Notes under the pieces: generated by a model
What the model was told of the DNA's origin: nothing
The model's input: only the letters and a program-made list of their open reading frames with translations
Databases searched by the model: none
From: Candidatus Latescibacterota bacterium
GTDB lineage: Bacteria > Latescibacterota > UBA2968 > UBA8231
NCBI GenBank assembly: GCA_965248355.1
Contig: OZ252098.1
Coordinates: 1,984,001-2,048,000, forward strand
Direction: 5' to 3'
Length of the DNA: 64,000 nucleotides
In this document: positions 29,958-39,732 of the stretch, piece by piece
Numbering within the stretch: position 1 is the stretch's first letter
How the letters are laid out: each line of letters starts with the position of its first letter
Program-made: the position numbers and the translations under genes

Positions 29958-30719
29958 CTAGGGGCCGAACCCGCTCGGGCCCTCGAAGCCGGCCGCCTCC
30001 GTGCCCAGACGCACGAAGGCCTCGGCGAACTCGCACCCCTTCATCCAGGCCGTGGACTGGGCCTCCAGGGCGCGGTACCGGGCCAGGGTCTCGTAGCGGT
30101 CGGGCAGGTCGGGCTGGGCCCTCAGATGTTCGAGGGCCTCCCGCTTGCGGGCCTGGGTCGGCCCGATGTCGACGAACAGGTTGGGAAGGAACCGGGCCAC
30201 CGGGGCGGTGCCCAGGGTGGTCTCGTAGAACGCCACCTGGGGCGCGGGGGAGGGCGGCTCGTCGAGCTCGAGGCCGGGCCGCGAGCAGTAGCGGCTGGCC
30301 CACACGACGGCCCGGGTGGTCTCCATGTGATCGGGGTGCAGGACATCGTCGATCCAGTGGCTCAGCACGAGGTCGGGCCGGTAGGCGCGGAACAGGGTCA
30401 GCAGCTTCTGCCGGCGGTCCTCATCGATCACGAGGGGGCTGTCCCCCCAGTCCAGACACTCGATCTCCGCGCCGAGGACCTGCGCCGCGGCGCGCATCTC
30501 CCGTCCCCGCTCCGCCTTCACCTCCTCCATGGAGGGCGCCGGTTGGCGCGCCCAGAGGGCGGGAGACTCGCACTTCTCGCCGTAGCTCAGGTCGTAGACC
30601 CGGACCTGGCTGCCCTTGTCCGTGAGCCGCGCGATGGTGCCCCCCGCCCGGGAGCAGAAGTCGGCGGCGTGGGCGCTGAAGACCAGCACCCGCCGTCCCT
30701 CTCGAATCATGTCGCTCAC
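29958..30719 (-). CDS. PIG-L/LmbE family metalloenzyme, GalB (4-oxalomesaconate hydratase)-like
   Basis: SAHAADF.SRAGG.IA, LSYGEKCES, HPDH and AEAF motifs; GAGGAGG SD. Confidence 0.8.
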   Translation of the reverse strand: MSDMIREGRRVLVFSAHAADFCSRAGGTIARLTDKGSQVRVYDLSYGEKCESPALWARQPAPSMEEVKAERGREMRAAAQVLGAEIECLDWGDSPLVIDEDRRQKLLTLFRAYRPDLVLSHWIDDVLHPDHMETTRAVVWASRYCSRPGLELDEPPSPAPQVAFYETTLGTAPVARFLPNLFVDIGPTQARKREALEHLRAQPDLPDRYETLARYRALEAQSTAWMKGCEFAEAFVRLGTEAAGFEGPSGFGP

Positions 30720-30785
30720 TCGTGCCTCCTCGGATGGGCCCTGCGGCCGTGGAGAGGGAGATTCAAGTCCTCCGGGCGGCGCCGA

Positions 30786-31934
30786 TCAACGCCGGGACTC
30801 CTCCCCGAGCACCGGGCGGGCTTCGTACCGCCCCCCCATGGCGCTCGGCTGGATGAGAGCGAAGGCCAGGTGGTTCACGAACATGCGGTTCGCCGCGCAG
30901 GGGTAGCGGGTGTTGAAGCCTGGGGGAGGTATCGTCGCGGTGACGCGCCCGTCGAGGACCAGGGCGGGGACCGGGCCGAAGCCTGTGCAGAGGGCGTTGC
31001 TTCCGGCGTAGCGGGTGATGTCGAAGAAGGAGTGGAACAGGGGATGACCCAGCTCGAGGAGCTGCCGTTCCACACGGCTGCCGTAACGACGGTCCAGCCC
31101 GGCCTCGCACAGGGCCAGCTGCCTCGAATCCATGATGCCGAGTCCTCCCCGCGCCAGGTACTCCACCATGGCCTCGAGGGACTCGACGTCGATGTACCCG
31201 AGATGGAGGACGGAGAACTCCCGCATCTCGCTTCGGTGAAGGATGTGCCGCTCCGGGCATCCGGCGAAACCGTGGATGGGATCGGGCTCGTCACCTATGC
31301 CTTCGATCAGAGCGCCGAAGCGCCCGAGCTTTTTCAGGTGGAACTCGATTTCGAGGGGGACTGGACCGGGAAGCTTGTGTCCGCCTCGAAGGAATGCGGC
31401 CGCTTCGATCTGAGCTCCCAAGGGCCTGCCGTAGGCGGGCAGGTGCAGCCAGGCCCGCTCGAGCTTTCCCGTGGCGGGGGCGATGACGGCCACGTTGCGG
31501 CGCCGCCGCTGCGCGTCCAGCTCGACCGGATCGGGGATCGGCAGGTCCGTCACCTGGTCCTTCCACATCACGCTGTCGGGCAGCGAGTCCGGCTCCCGCT
31601 CCCGGGGCTGCTTGATGTCGAGAGGCTGGATCGCCTCGGCCGCCGGTGGCGGCGTCTCCGGCAGCGGCGCCGGCGAGGCGTCGCCGGGATGGGCCAGGGC
31701 CGCCAGGGATGATTCCAATCCAAGCACGCGCCGAACCATCTCCCGCGACACGGGGACCGGCGCCCGCGGCTCGTGGCGCCGGACGGGCAGGGGTCGGTAA
31801 CGCCGGACGGCGGGGAGCCAGCTCTCCCGATCGACCTTCGGCGGCAGCAGCCACTCAAGGAGGCCGAGCACGACGAGGTGGATCAGGGCCGAGGCGAGAA
31901 GTGAGCCGAGCGCACGTCTGGCGGAGTGGCTCAT
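30786..31934 (-). CDS. Membrane-anchored hypothetical protein with Pro-rich linker and DUF4159-like C-terminal domain
   Basis: SALIHLVVL anchor, Pro-rich stretch, YLARGG and HPLFHSFFDI motifs. Confidence 0.55.
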   Translation of the reverse strand: MSHSARRALGSLLASALIHLVVLGLLEWLLPPKVDRESWLPAVRRYRPLPVRRHEPRAPVPVSREMVRRVLGLESSLAALAHPGDASPAPLPETPPPAAEAIQPLDIKQPREREPDSLPDSVMWKDQVTDLPIPDPVELDAQRRRRNVAVIAPATGKLERAWLHLPAYGRPLGAQIEAAAFLRGGHKLPGPVPLEIEFHLKKLGRFGALIEGIGDEPDPIHGFAGCPERHILHRSEMREFSVLHLGYIDVESLEAMVEYLARGGLGIMDSRQLALCEAGLDRRYGSRVERQLLELGHPLFHSFFDITRYAGSNALCTGFGPVPALVLDGRVTATIPPPGFNTRYPCAANRMFVNHLAFALIQPSAMGGRYEARPVLGEESRR

Positions 31935-32096
31935 GGATCAGCCGGCCTCAGGGGCGGCGATGGCGGCCCGATGGCGCCGAAGCCCTCTGCCGGGTCACAG
32001 GATCAGCCATCGTCAGAGAACGCGCCCGAACCCACAGCGGGGCCGGGCGATCCTGCTATCTTAGCCGATCCACCCCGATCCGTCCCAGGAGACCTC

Positions 32097-33329
32097 ATGC
32101 GCTTTGACCTGTTGTTGAGCGGCGGGCACGTCATCGACCCGGCCAACGGCATCGACGAAGGCCGCGACGTGGCCATCGCCGGGGGCCGCGTCGCCGCCGT
32201 GGACACCCTCATCCCGCCCGCCCAGGCGGCTCGCGTGATCGACGTGAAGGGCCTCTTCGTCACCCCCGGCCTGGTGGACATCCACGTCCACCTCTACGCC
32301 ACCGCCGGCAACCCCCAGGGATGGGCCGGCGACAACAGCGTCCTGCCCGACGGCTTCAGCTTCCGCGCCGGCACGACGACCATGGTCGACACCGGATCGG
32401 CCGGGTACCGCAACCTCCCCGACTTCCGCAACCGGGTCCTCGACCGCTTCCAGACGCGCACCTACGCCCTGGTGAACATCGTCGGCCTGGGCATGACCAT
32501 GATGTCGGCGGAGCAGAACGTCTTCGACATGGATCCGGAGGCCTGCGCCGGCGTGGCCCGGGAGCACGAGGACGTGGTGGTGGGCCTGAAGTGCGCCCAC
32601 TACATCCCCCCCGACTGGACCCAGGTGGACCGCGTCCTGCAGGCCGGCGAGCAGGCGGACCTGCCGGTCATGGTCGACTTCGGGTTCTTCAAGAGGGAGC
32701 GGCCGTACTACGAGCTGGTGGGACGCAAGCTGCGCCCCGGGGACATCTCCACCCACATGTACCGCGGTCCCGTGCCCTGCGTCGACGCCGACGGCCGGCT
32801 GCTCCCCTACCTGCCCGCCGCCCGCGAGCGGGGCGTGCGCTTCGACGTCGGCCACGGCGCCGGCAGCTTCTGCTTCCGCAACGCCATCCCCAGCGTGGAG
32901 CAGGGCTTCTGGCCGGACTCGATCTCCACCGACCTGCACCGCAGCAGCATGAACATGGGCATGCTCGACATGCCGACGACGATGTCGAAGTTCCTCGTCA
33001 TGGGCATGCCCCTGGCCGACGTGGTGCGGCTGTCGACGGTGGAGCCGGCCCGCGTCATCGGCCGCCCGGAGCACGGCACCCTGGCCGTGGGCGCCGCCGC
33101 CGACGTGGCCGTGCTGAGGCTGGACCAGGGGCGCTACGGGTACATGGATTCCTTCGACGGCCGGCTCACGGCGGACCGGCGCCTGTCCTGCGAGCTGACC
33201 CTCAAGGACGGCGAGGTCGTCTGGGACTGGAACGCCCGCTCCGGCACCGATTACCGGGAGCTGCCGCCGACCTGCGGCGTCCGCGACCAGGAAGAGCTGG
33301 TGATGCCCCCCGCCGGCCCGGCCTGCTAG
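32097..33329 (+). CDS. Amidohydrolase/dihydroorotase-like metallohydrolase
   Basis: VIDPANG, PGLVDIHVH, GTTTMVDTGS, FDVGHG.GSF, ISTDLH and G..ADVAV motifs. Confidence 0.88.
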   Translation: MRFDLLLSGGHVIDPANGIDEGRDVAIAGGRVAAVDTLIPPAQAARVIDVKGLFVTPGLVDIHVHLYATAGNPQGWAGDNSVLPDGFSFRAGTTTMVDTGSAGYRNLPDFRNRVLDRFQTRTYALVNIVGLGMTMMSAEQNVFDMDPEACAGVAREHEDVVVGLKCAHYIPPDWTQVDRVLQAGEQADLPVMVDFGFFKRERPYYELVGRKLRPGDISTHMYRGPVPCVDADGRLLPYLPAARERGVRFDVGHGAGSFCFRNAIPSVEQGFWPDSISTDLHRSSMNMGMLDMPTTMSKFLVMGMPLADVVRLSTVEPARVIGRPEHGTLAVGAAADVAVLRLDQGRYGYMDSFDGRLTADRRLSCELTLKDGEVVWDWNARSGTDYRELPPTCGVRDQEELVMPPAGPAC

Positions 33330-33333
33330 GGGC

Positions 33334-34191
33334 GTGTCCGGCCACCTCCTCGGCGCCCACGTGTCGATCGCCGGCGGTCTGCACCGGGCCTTCGACCGGG
33401 CCCTGCAGGCCACCTGCGACGCCATGCAGGTCTTCAACAAGGCGAACCACCAGTGGGCGGCGCGCGACCTCGAAGCCGGAGAGCTGGAGCTCTGGTTCGA
33501 GGCGATGATGGAGACGGGCATCCAGGCGGCCTGCTCGCACAACAGCTACCTGATCAACCTGGCGACGCCGGATGCGGAGCTGCGGGAGAAGTCCTACCGG
33601 TCCTTCCGGGACGAGGTGGAGCGCTGCCACGTGCTCGGCATCCCCCACCTCGTCTTCCATCCGGGCGCCCACATGGGCTCCGGCGTCGACGCGGGAGTGA
33701 CACGGATCGCAGCCGGCTGCAACCGCCTCTTCGACGAGTGGCCGGGCAGCGACGTCGTCCTCTGCCTGGAGACCACCGCCGGCACCGGCAGCCACCTCGG
33801 CGCCCGCTTCGAGGAGCTGGCCGCGATCATCGACCAGGTGGAGAACCAGGCGATGATGGGCGTGTGCCTGGACACCTGCCACGTCTTCGCCGCGGGCTAC
33901 GACCTGGCCGGCGCCGACGGCTACGCCGGCACCATGCGGCGCTTCACGGAGACCATCGGCCTGGAGAGGCTCAAGGTCCTGCACGTGAACGACAGCAAGA
34001 CCCCCCTGGGGTCGCGGCGGGACCGCCACGAGCACATCGGCGCCGGGTGCATCGGCCCCGAGGGGTTCCGCAACCTCCTCGCCGACCCGCGGCTGCGCGA
34101 GGTGCCCATGATCCTGGAGACGCCGAAGGGGCCGGATTTGGCCGAGGACGTGATCAACCTCGAGACCCTGCGGCGCCTGGCGGGAGAGTGA
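33334..34191 (+). CDS. nfo: Endonuclease IV
   Basis: GAHVSIAGG, HNSYLINL, FHPG.H, LETTAG, CLDTCH, HVNDS..DRH..IG and ILETP motifs. Confidence 0.95.
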   Translation: MSGHLLGAHVSIAGGLHRAFDRALQATCDAMQVFNKANHQWAARDLEAGELELWFEAMMETGIQAACSHNSYLINLATPDAELREKSYRSFRDEVERCHVLGIPHLVFHPGAHMGSGVDAGVTRIAAGCNRLFDEWPGSDVVLCLETTAGTGSHLGARFEELAAIIDQVENQAMMGVCLDTCHVFAAGYDLAGADGYAGTMRRFTETIGLERLKVLHVNDSKTPLGSRRDRHEHIGAGCIGPEGFRNLLADPRLREVPMILETPKGPDLAEDVINLETLRRLAGE

Positions 34192-34203
34192 TCCCCTCGA
34201 AGA

Positions 34204-34240
34204 ACGGAGGCCCCGGACCGCCGCGGCCCGGGGCCTCCGT
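34204..34240. terminator. Hairpin between the convergent nfo and sigma genes (probable terminator)
   Basis: Perfect 13-bp inverted repeat ACGGAGGCCCCGG / CCGGGGCCTCCGT with an 11-nt loop; no strong U tract. Confidence 0.6.
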
Positions 34241-34264
34241 CGAGAAGCCGTTCCGGGAAGGGCT

Positions 34265-35107
34265 TCAGTCCGCGATCTGCTCGAGGAACTGGTAGCGCTC
34301 GGGATCCCGCAGGCGGCTCAGGGCGCGCTCCTTCAACTGGCGCACGCGTTCCCGCGTGAGCCCCATGGACCCGCCGACCTGCTCCAGGGTCAGGGGCTCC
34401 TCGCCGTCGAGCCCGTAGTAGCAGCGCACGATGTAGCGCTCGCGGTCGTCGAGGGTGGCCAGCACGCCCTGGATCTGGGCCCGGGAGTCCTGCTCGGAGA
34501 CCGAATCGTCGGGCAGGCCGTTGGACTCGTCGGGGATGGTGCTCAGCAGGTTGCGGTCGTCGCCTTCCTCGAAGGTGCGGTCGAGGGAGGCCTCGGGCTT
34601 CGCCTTCAACATCGTCTCCAGCACCTCCGCCTCGGCCACGCCCAGCCTCTCGGCGATCTCGGCCACCGTCACGTCTCGTTGGTCGCCCCCGAGATGGTGG
34701 GTCGCCCTGGAGATGTCGCGCATCATGTTCTGGCGGGTCACGGGCACCCGCACGGTGCGCGTCTGGTCCGTGAGGGTCTGCATGATCGACTGGCGGATCC
34801 ACCAGACGGCGTAGGAGATGAACTTGAATCCGCGCTCGCCGTCGAAGCGGTCGGCCGCCTTCATCAGGCCCATGTTGCCGGCGCTGACCAGCTCGGCCAT
34901 GGTCAGACCCCGGTTCTGGTACTGGCGGGCCACGTCGACGACGAAGCGCAGGTTGGCCTGCACCAGCTCGTCCCGGGCTTCCATGTCCCCCCGGGTGATG
35001 CGCTCGGCCAGCTCGACCTCGCGCTCGCGCGACAGGGGCCGGGAGTCCTCGATGTCGTGGAAGTATCGACGGAGGATCTCGGCGTCCTCGTCGGTGTGGA
35101 TGACCAT
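34265..35107 (-). CDS. RNA polymerase sigma-70 factor, RpoD/SigA family, short form lacking region 1.1
   Basis: ANLRFVV.VARQYQNRG, FKFISYAVWWIRQSI and LTRERVRQL motifs; 280 aa; GAGGAG SD. Confidence 0.92.
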   Translation of the reverse strand: MVIHTDEDAEILRRYFHDIEDSRPLSREREVELAERITRGDMEARDELVQANLRFVVDVARQYQNRGLTMAELVSAGNMGLMKAADRFDGERGFKFISYAVWWIRQSIMQTLTDQTRTVRVPVTRQNMMRDISRATHHLGGDQRDVTVAEIAERLGVAEAEVLETMLKAKPEASLDRTFEEGDDRNLLSTIPDESNGLPDDSVSEQDSRAQIQGVLATLDDRERYIVRCYYGLDGEEPLTLEQVGGSMGLTRERVRQLKERALSRLRDPERYQFLEQIAD

Positions 35108-35247
35108 AGGGCTCCTCGTGGATGCAAGGGGACGGTCGGCCCCCGGGATTCGATAGAACATCCACATCCGCGGTGATTTCGCAACCGCCGGGCAGATCCG
35201 GCCTCCCACGCTTGCAGGCGGGGGAGGCGGTCCAACGCGGGCGCCGG

Positions 35248-36414
35248 TCAGGCGCGGCCGAGACGGCGGTCCTCGACCTGCAGCCACTCCTGGTAGGGGC
35301 GGGGCCTCTCCGCCGGCTCGTCGAGGCCGGCCGCCTCCCGCCAGGCCACCAGCGGGTGGCCCCGGTCGGCCTGGGGCAGCTCGACCTCCCGGCGGTGGGC
35401 ACCGGACTCGAAGATGCCCATGAGGATCTCCATCACGTGGCGGCCCTCGACGCCGCTGCACTCGTGGTCGCGGCCTTCGTCCAGGGCGCGCACGTACTCG
35501 TCGGCGTAGTTGTAGTCGGCCTCCGTGGACGGGCCCTCCGGGTCGTAGTGGTCGGGGAGGATGTTGTCCAAGCGCTGCCACTCGACGCCGGAGCCGGGGA
35601 CATCGTGCGGCGTCGGCAGCAGCCAGGCCGTGCGCATGTTCCAGAACAGGCGGCCTTCCTGGCCGTACACCTCCAGGCAGTACCCGGTGGAGTCGACCAC
35701 GGGGAAGCGGTGCTGCACGAGGACGCCGGTGACGCCGTGTCCCTCGCAGGGATCGAAGCGCAGATTGGCGGTCACGTGCTCGCCGGCCACGATGCCCATC
35801 CCCGAGGCGGCCGGGACCACGTCCTCGGGAGTGACGGGGCGTCCCCCCGTCAGCGCCGTGGCCTGCACGCCCCGGCAGTGACCGGCGAGGCCGATCATGT
35901 TGTTGAGCATGTGGGTGCCGATGTTCATCAGGCCGTACCCGGCGTAGTAGCCCTTGCAGCTGCCCAGGAGGAACCGGGGCGTGCCGATGGCGCCCTCGTC
36001 GAAGGCCTTCTTCAACGCCCGCATGGCCCCCCCGGTGCGCCCCTGGTGATGGACGGCGATGCGCACCCCTTTCCGGGCGGCCAGATCGATGACCCGGTCG
36101 GCCTCGTCCAGGGCCTGGCACATGGGCTTCTCCACGTCGATGGAGACCCCGTGCTCGAGCACGCCCATGGACAGCGGGTAGTGGAACTCCGTGCCCGTGG
36201 GGATGGCCACGATGTCCGGGGACTCCTGCTCGATCATGCGGTGGTAGTCGTCGTAACGCGCCGCCACGCTCAGCTCCGCGCCGAGCTCCTCGAGCCGCTC
36301 CGGCACGAGGTCGCAGAGGGCCACGACCTCGGTACGAGGATGCTGGAAATAGGCGCGTCCCGCCGCTCCGCCGCGGCCGCGGCACCCGAGGATGGCTACC
36401 CGGTAGGTCTTCAT
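35248..36414 (-). CDS. Gfo/Idh/MocA family oxidoreductase
   Basis: VAILGC, VVALCD, PDIV, EKPM and GTH motifs. Confidence 0.88.
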   Translation of the reverse strand: MKTYRVAILGCRGRGGAAGRAYFQHPRTEVVALCDLVPERLEELGAELSVAARYDDYHRMIEQESPDIVAIPTGTEFHYPLSMGVLEHGVSIDVEKPMCQALDEADRVIDLAARKGVRIAVHHQGRTGGAMRALKKAFDEGAIGTPRFLLGSCKGYYAGYGLMNIGTHMLNNMIGLAGHCRGVQATALTGGRPVTPEDVVPAASGMGIVAGEHVTANLRFDPCEGHGVTGVLVQHRFPVVDSTGYCLEVYGQEGRLFWNMRTAWLLPTPHDVPGSGVEWQRLDNILPDHYDPEGPSTEADYNYADEYVRALDEGRDHECSGVEGRHVMEILMGIFESGAHRREVELPQADRGHPLVAWREAAGLDEPAERPRPYQEWLQVEDRRLGRA

Positions 36415-36460
36415 GCTGTTCCCTTTCAACGACTGGGCGATCGCGGATGGACCGCCTGCG

Positions 36461-37201
36461 TTACGAGTCGAGGTCGTTCAGCTGGGCGCGGCGCCAGTAG
36501 GTCTTCAACTTGGACCGCACCCATTCGAGGGGCGTCAGAGTCAGCGCGTTGTAACCGCCCCAGGTCCAGCGCAGCGGCCACGAGCGGCGACGAATGAGGG
36601 GGCGGATGAGCTTCTCCCGCTCCCGGGTGACCAGAGGCAGGCGGTGGCTCAGCCGCGAGAGGGCGTGCTCGTAGGCGCCGGTGACGAGGTTGCGGGCGTG
36701 GCGGATCAGCTTCTCGGGCTGCATCACCGTCACCCGCGGGCAGAGCATGCCGCTTTCGCGCCGGACGAAGCGGCGGATCCACTCCTCCGGCACCTCGCCC
36801 CCGTGACGCTGCGCGGCTTCGCGGATCGTGTCGGGATTCATCACCGCATAGGTCCGGCAGATCAGCGGCCTCACCGCGTAAATCGTGCAGCCGCGGTCCG
36901 GCCCCAGGAAGGGGCAGCGCCGGGGCCGCTCCTCGGTGAAGGTCAGCAGCTCCCTCTGCCGTTCCTCGGGGAAGGTGGAGCGGACGTGATCGACGATATG
37001 GGCGTATTCCGCCCGGTAGAGGGGGAACATCGTCGCGTAGCCCTCCTCCATCTCCTCCTCGGTCAGCTCGCAGCACTCCCCGGAGTTGGCGCAGCAGGTG
37101 GAGGGCACCTGCTCGTAGAGAGCCTCGAGCTCCCTGGCAAGGGAATCGAGCTGCTCGCGGGAGAGGGCCTCCGTGGCCGGAGGAGGGGCCGATGCGCTCA
37201 T
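36461..37201 (-). CDS. YkgJ family cysteine-cluster protein
   Basis: CCANSGECC, CPFL and CTIYAVRPLICRTY motifs. Confidence 0.82.
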   Translation of the reverse strand: MSASAPPPATEALSREQLDSLARELEALYEQVPSTCCANSGECCELTEEEMEEGYATMFPLYRAEYAHIVDHVRSTFPEERQRELLTFTEERPRRCPFLGPDRGCTIYAVRPLICRTYAVMNPDTIREAAQRHGGEVPEEWIRRFVRRESGMLCPRVTVMQPEKLIRHARNLVTGAYEHALSRLSHRLPLVTREREKLIRPLIRRRSWPLRWTWGGYNALTLTPLEWVRSKLKTYWRRAQLNDLDS

Positions 37202-37265
37202 GTCGAGAAGATGTCTCAAGGGCGGAGCGGGGGCAAACCACCCCGGGCGGGAGCGCCGGCGCCGG

Positions 37266-37735
37266 TCACCGCCGGGGAATCCCCAGTTCTTCACACAGCA
37301 GCTGCTGCGCCCCCGCCCGGATGAGCCGCTCGCTCTCCGGGGCGATCATCCGGACGCTCGGGTAGACCTTGCAGGCCTGGTCGATCTCGTAGCCGCCACG
37401 CTCGTACTCGTCGGCCGTGGGCACGTACCCGATGCAGCCGTTGGCATAGCCGCAGAGCATCAGGGGCGCCCCGCACTCGCGCTCCAGGTCGAGCTGGTAA
37501 CGGACGAAGATCTCCCCCTCCATCCCCAGCAGGACGAGGGGGCCGAGCCGCAGGCCGTGTCTCGAAGGCCTGCGTCCCTGCGGGGCGGTCCAGGCCGGCC
37601 TCGTCGAGCCACTGCCGCGCCCAGAGGATCGTGGACGCCCGTGGCGCCCGAGCGGCGCCCCCAGTAGCCGCCCATGTGGATCCCGGCCGGCGGCGTGATA
37701 TCCTCCCGCGCCCAGCCGGCGCACAGCCCGGTCAT
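37266..37735 (-). pseudogene. Internally deleted neutral/alkaline ceramidase-like hydrolase remnant
   Basis: N-terminal motif DITPP.G..MGGY..R....GVHDPL in one frame and C-terminal GEIF...GYANG.IGYVPT..EY..GGYE in another, only about 60 nt apart. Confidence 0.75.
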
Positions 37736-38307
37736 CGCTCACGCTCCCAGCCGGATGGCAGCAGGATCAGGTCGACGCCGTCCGCCGCGGCGTCGTGCAG
37801 GGCCCGCAGATCCTCACTCCGCAACCGGATCGAAGGTGGACGGACGGGCCTCCAGACCTCGGCCGCGTACAACAGCAGTCCTTCGGAGAACAGCAGGGCG
37901 GCTTCTTTCGTGCCCTCGGAGACGAGGTAGTGCTCCCAGTCGAAGGACCCGGGTTCGATCCGGGCGAAGGGATCGGCCCGGCGATGGCGGCGCAGCCTGG
38001 CCGTCAGCCGCTGCCGAAGGGGGGTGCCCACGTCGACGGAGTCGGAGATGACGGGGCACTGGCGCAGAACGGCGGCGCCGTGCTGCAGCCGCAGCTGTCT
38101 CGCCGATCCGTCGAGGAGGAGGTAGGGGCGGTCCGCCTCCATCAGTTGCAGCCAGCCCCTGAGCGCCCCGTTGATGCGGCCGAGGTCTTCGGAAGCCTGG
38201 ACGCGGCCAGCGGGGTTCCAACCGAGGACGGCTGCCGCCGCCAGGACGGCGACGAGGCCGGATCCGGACCCCCAGCGGTCCCCGCGGAGGGGCGGTTCAG
38301 AAAGCGT
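37732..38307 (-). CDS. Secreted protein resembling a catalytically degenerate L,D-transpeptidase; start uncertain (ATG 38142 or in-frame ACG 38307)
   Basis: [14 protein letters not shown] resembles PYVIIDTRANLLLV of the neighbour; no HGT or HGC motif; in-frame hydrophobic leader upstream of 38142. Confidence 0.55.
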   Translation of the reverse strand, partial: TLSEPPLRGDRWGSGSGLVAVLAAAAVLGWNPAGRVQASEDLGRINGALRGWLQLMEADRPYLLLDGSARQLRLQHGAAVLRQCPVISDSVDVGTPLRQRLTARLRRHRRADPFARIEPGSFDWEHYLVSEGTKEAALLFSEGLLLYAAEVWRPVRPPSIRLRSEDLRALHDAAADGVDLILLPSGWERER

Positions 38308-38929
38308 AGACCGGCCAGCCGGTCTGCACGCGCTCGAAGAGATAGCTCAGATCCTCGTCGCCCACGCGGACGCATCCGTGGGTGATGTTCCTGCCCAGAT
38401 TCGTCTCGTACAGCGTCCCGTGGATCATGTAATCGGGAAGGAAGTAGAGGGCGTAGCGGCCGAGAACTCCTCGCTGGAATCGGCGGCGGTCCTCGGCGAA
38501 GATCGGCACCTCCTCTTCCGACTCCAGGAAATGCCACGAGGGCCTCGTCCACAGCGGATCCTCGACCTTGCGCAGCACCCGGAAGCGGCCCGTGGGAGTG
38601 GCGAAGACCCACTTGTGCCAGGACTTTCGCCCCTCGAAGCGCCGGGCCGCACCGGTGGAGCACACCGCCCGGTGCTCCACCTGGTGGTCGGTGTCCCGCA
38701 CCAGGAGCAGATTGGCGCGCGTGTCGATTATCACGTAGGGCGTGGACATCCGGCCCTGGGAGGCCACGCGGGAAAGGAGGCTGCGATGCTCCCGGATCAG
38801 CCCGGCGGGCGATTCCCCTGTCCCGCCGAGAGCACCCCCGGTGGCACTCTCGGCCAAGGCGCGGCCCTGGAAGGCCGCCAGGACGACGAGGATCAACTCC
38901 AGGAGGGGGGTTCTGGCCTGAGGGGGCAT
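38297..38929 (-). CDS. L,D-transpeptidase (YkuD family)
   Basis: FATPTG.F, DPLW..P.W, LGRYAL and IHGT....LG...THGCVR catalytic motif; signal peptide; start approximate. Confidence 0.92.
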   Translation of the reverse strand: MPPQARTPLLELILVVLAAFQGRALAESATGGALGGTGESPAGLIREHRSLLSRVASQGRMSTPYVIIDTRANLLLVRDTDHQVEHRAVCSTGAARRFEGRKSWHKWVFATPTGRFRVLRKVEDPLWTRPSWHFLESEEEVPIFAEDRRRFQRGVLGRYALYFLPDYMIHGTLYETNLGRNITHGCVRVGDEDLSYLFERVQTGWPVYAF

Positions 38930-38933
38930 CCGC

Positions 38934-38975
38934 AAAAAAAAGGACGGCCGAAGAGGATCACCCTCTCCGGCCGTC
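38934..38975 (-). terminator. Rho-independent terminator after the lipoprotein gene
   Basis: GACGGCCGGAGAGG-GTGAT-CCTCTTCGGCCGTC followed by C and T8 on the minus strand. Confidence 0.88.
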
Positions 38976-39028
38976 GAGTTGCAGGGCACTCGACCCGAAG
39001 TCGAGGATCCCGGTGCGGCCTGGCTGGA

Positions 39029-39679
39029 CTACATGCCCATGCCGCGTTCGTACCAGGGCGTTCGCTCCTCGACCAGCTGGTGATACCGAGCCACGGCCTG
39101 GTCGATGCCCTCGCTGACGGCTTCGACCTTGCTCTTGGCGTCTCCGGCCTTGGAGGTGGCCATTTCGAAGTCCTCGCCGGAGACCGCGGCCCTCGCCGCG
39201 CCCAGGTCGGCGTCGGCGGCGTCGAGATCGGCGCCCAACTGCTCGATATCGGCCTCGGTCCCCTTGCCGGCCGGGGCCCCTTCCAGGCTGGCACGGACGC
39301 CCTGGATGGCCATGGAAGCGTCGGCGATGGCGGACTCGGCGTCCGCCATGGCTTGAGCCTTGGCGGCCTCGGCCGAGGAACGGGCCATGTCGGCCTTGGA
39401 CTTGGCGGAAGCGATCTGGGGGACCACCGATTCCCAGTCCTTGAACAGCATCTTCTCCGCCTCTGCGTCGAAGGCGGTCTTCGCGTCGTCGTAGGCCGAC
39501 TGGGCAGCGGACAGATCGCTGCCGGCGTACTTCCGGGCATCGGCGGCGTCAGCCGCGTCGAGGGCGGCCTTGGCGGCGTCGAGATCGGCCTGGGGCGGCT
39601 CACCCCCGCAGCCGATGAGGGCGACGACGGCGAACAGGCCCGCAGCCCGCAGGGTGAGAGACCGTGCTGCCCGCATCAT
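39029..39679 (-). CDS. Ala-rich helical lipoprotein (DUF4398-like)
   Basis: Lipobox LIGC, PP...LDAA.AAL..A..A.A..YA pattern, coiled-coil; GGAGG SD. Confidence 0.8.
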   Translation of the reverse strand: MMRAARSLTLRAAGLFAVVALIGCGGEPPQADLDAAKAALDAADAADARKYAGSDLSAAQSAYDDAKTAFDAEAEKMLFKDWESVVPQIASAKSKADMARSSAEAAKAQAMADAESAIADASMAIQGVRASLEGAPAGKGTEADIEQLGADLDAADADLGAARAAVSGEDFEMATSKAGDAKSKVEAVSEGIDQAVARYHQLVEERTPWYERGMGM

Positions 39680-39732
39680 GATAGCCTCCAGACCGTTTCG
39701 TTGCATGAGAGTTGTCGTAACTGACGGTCGGG

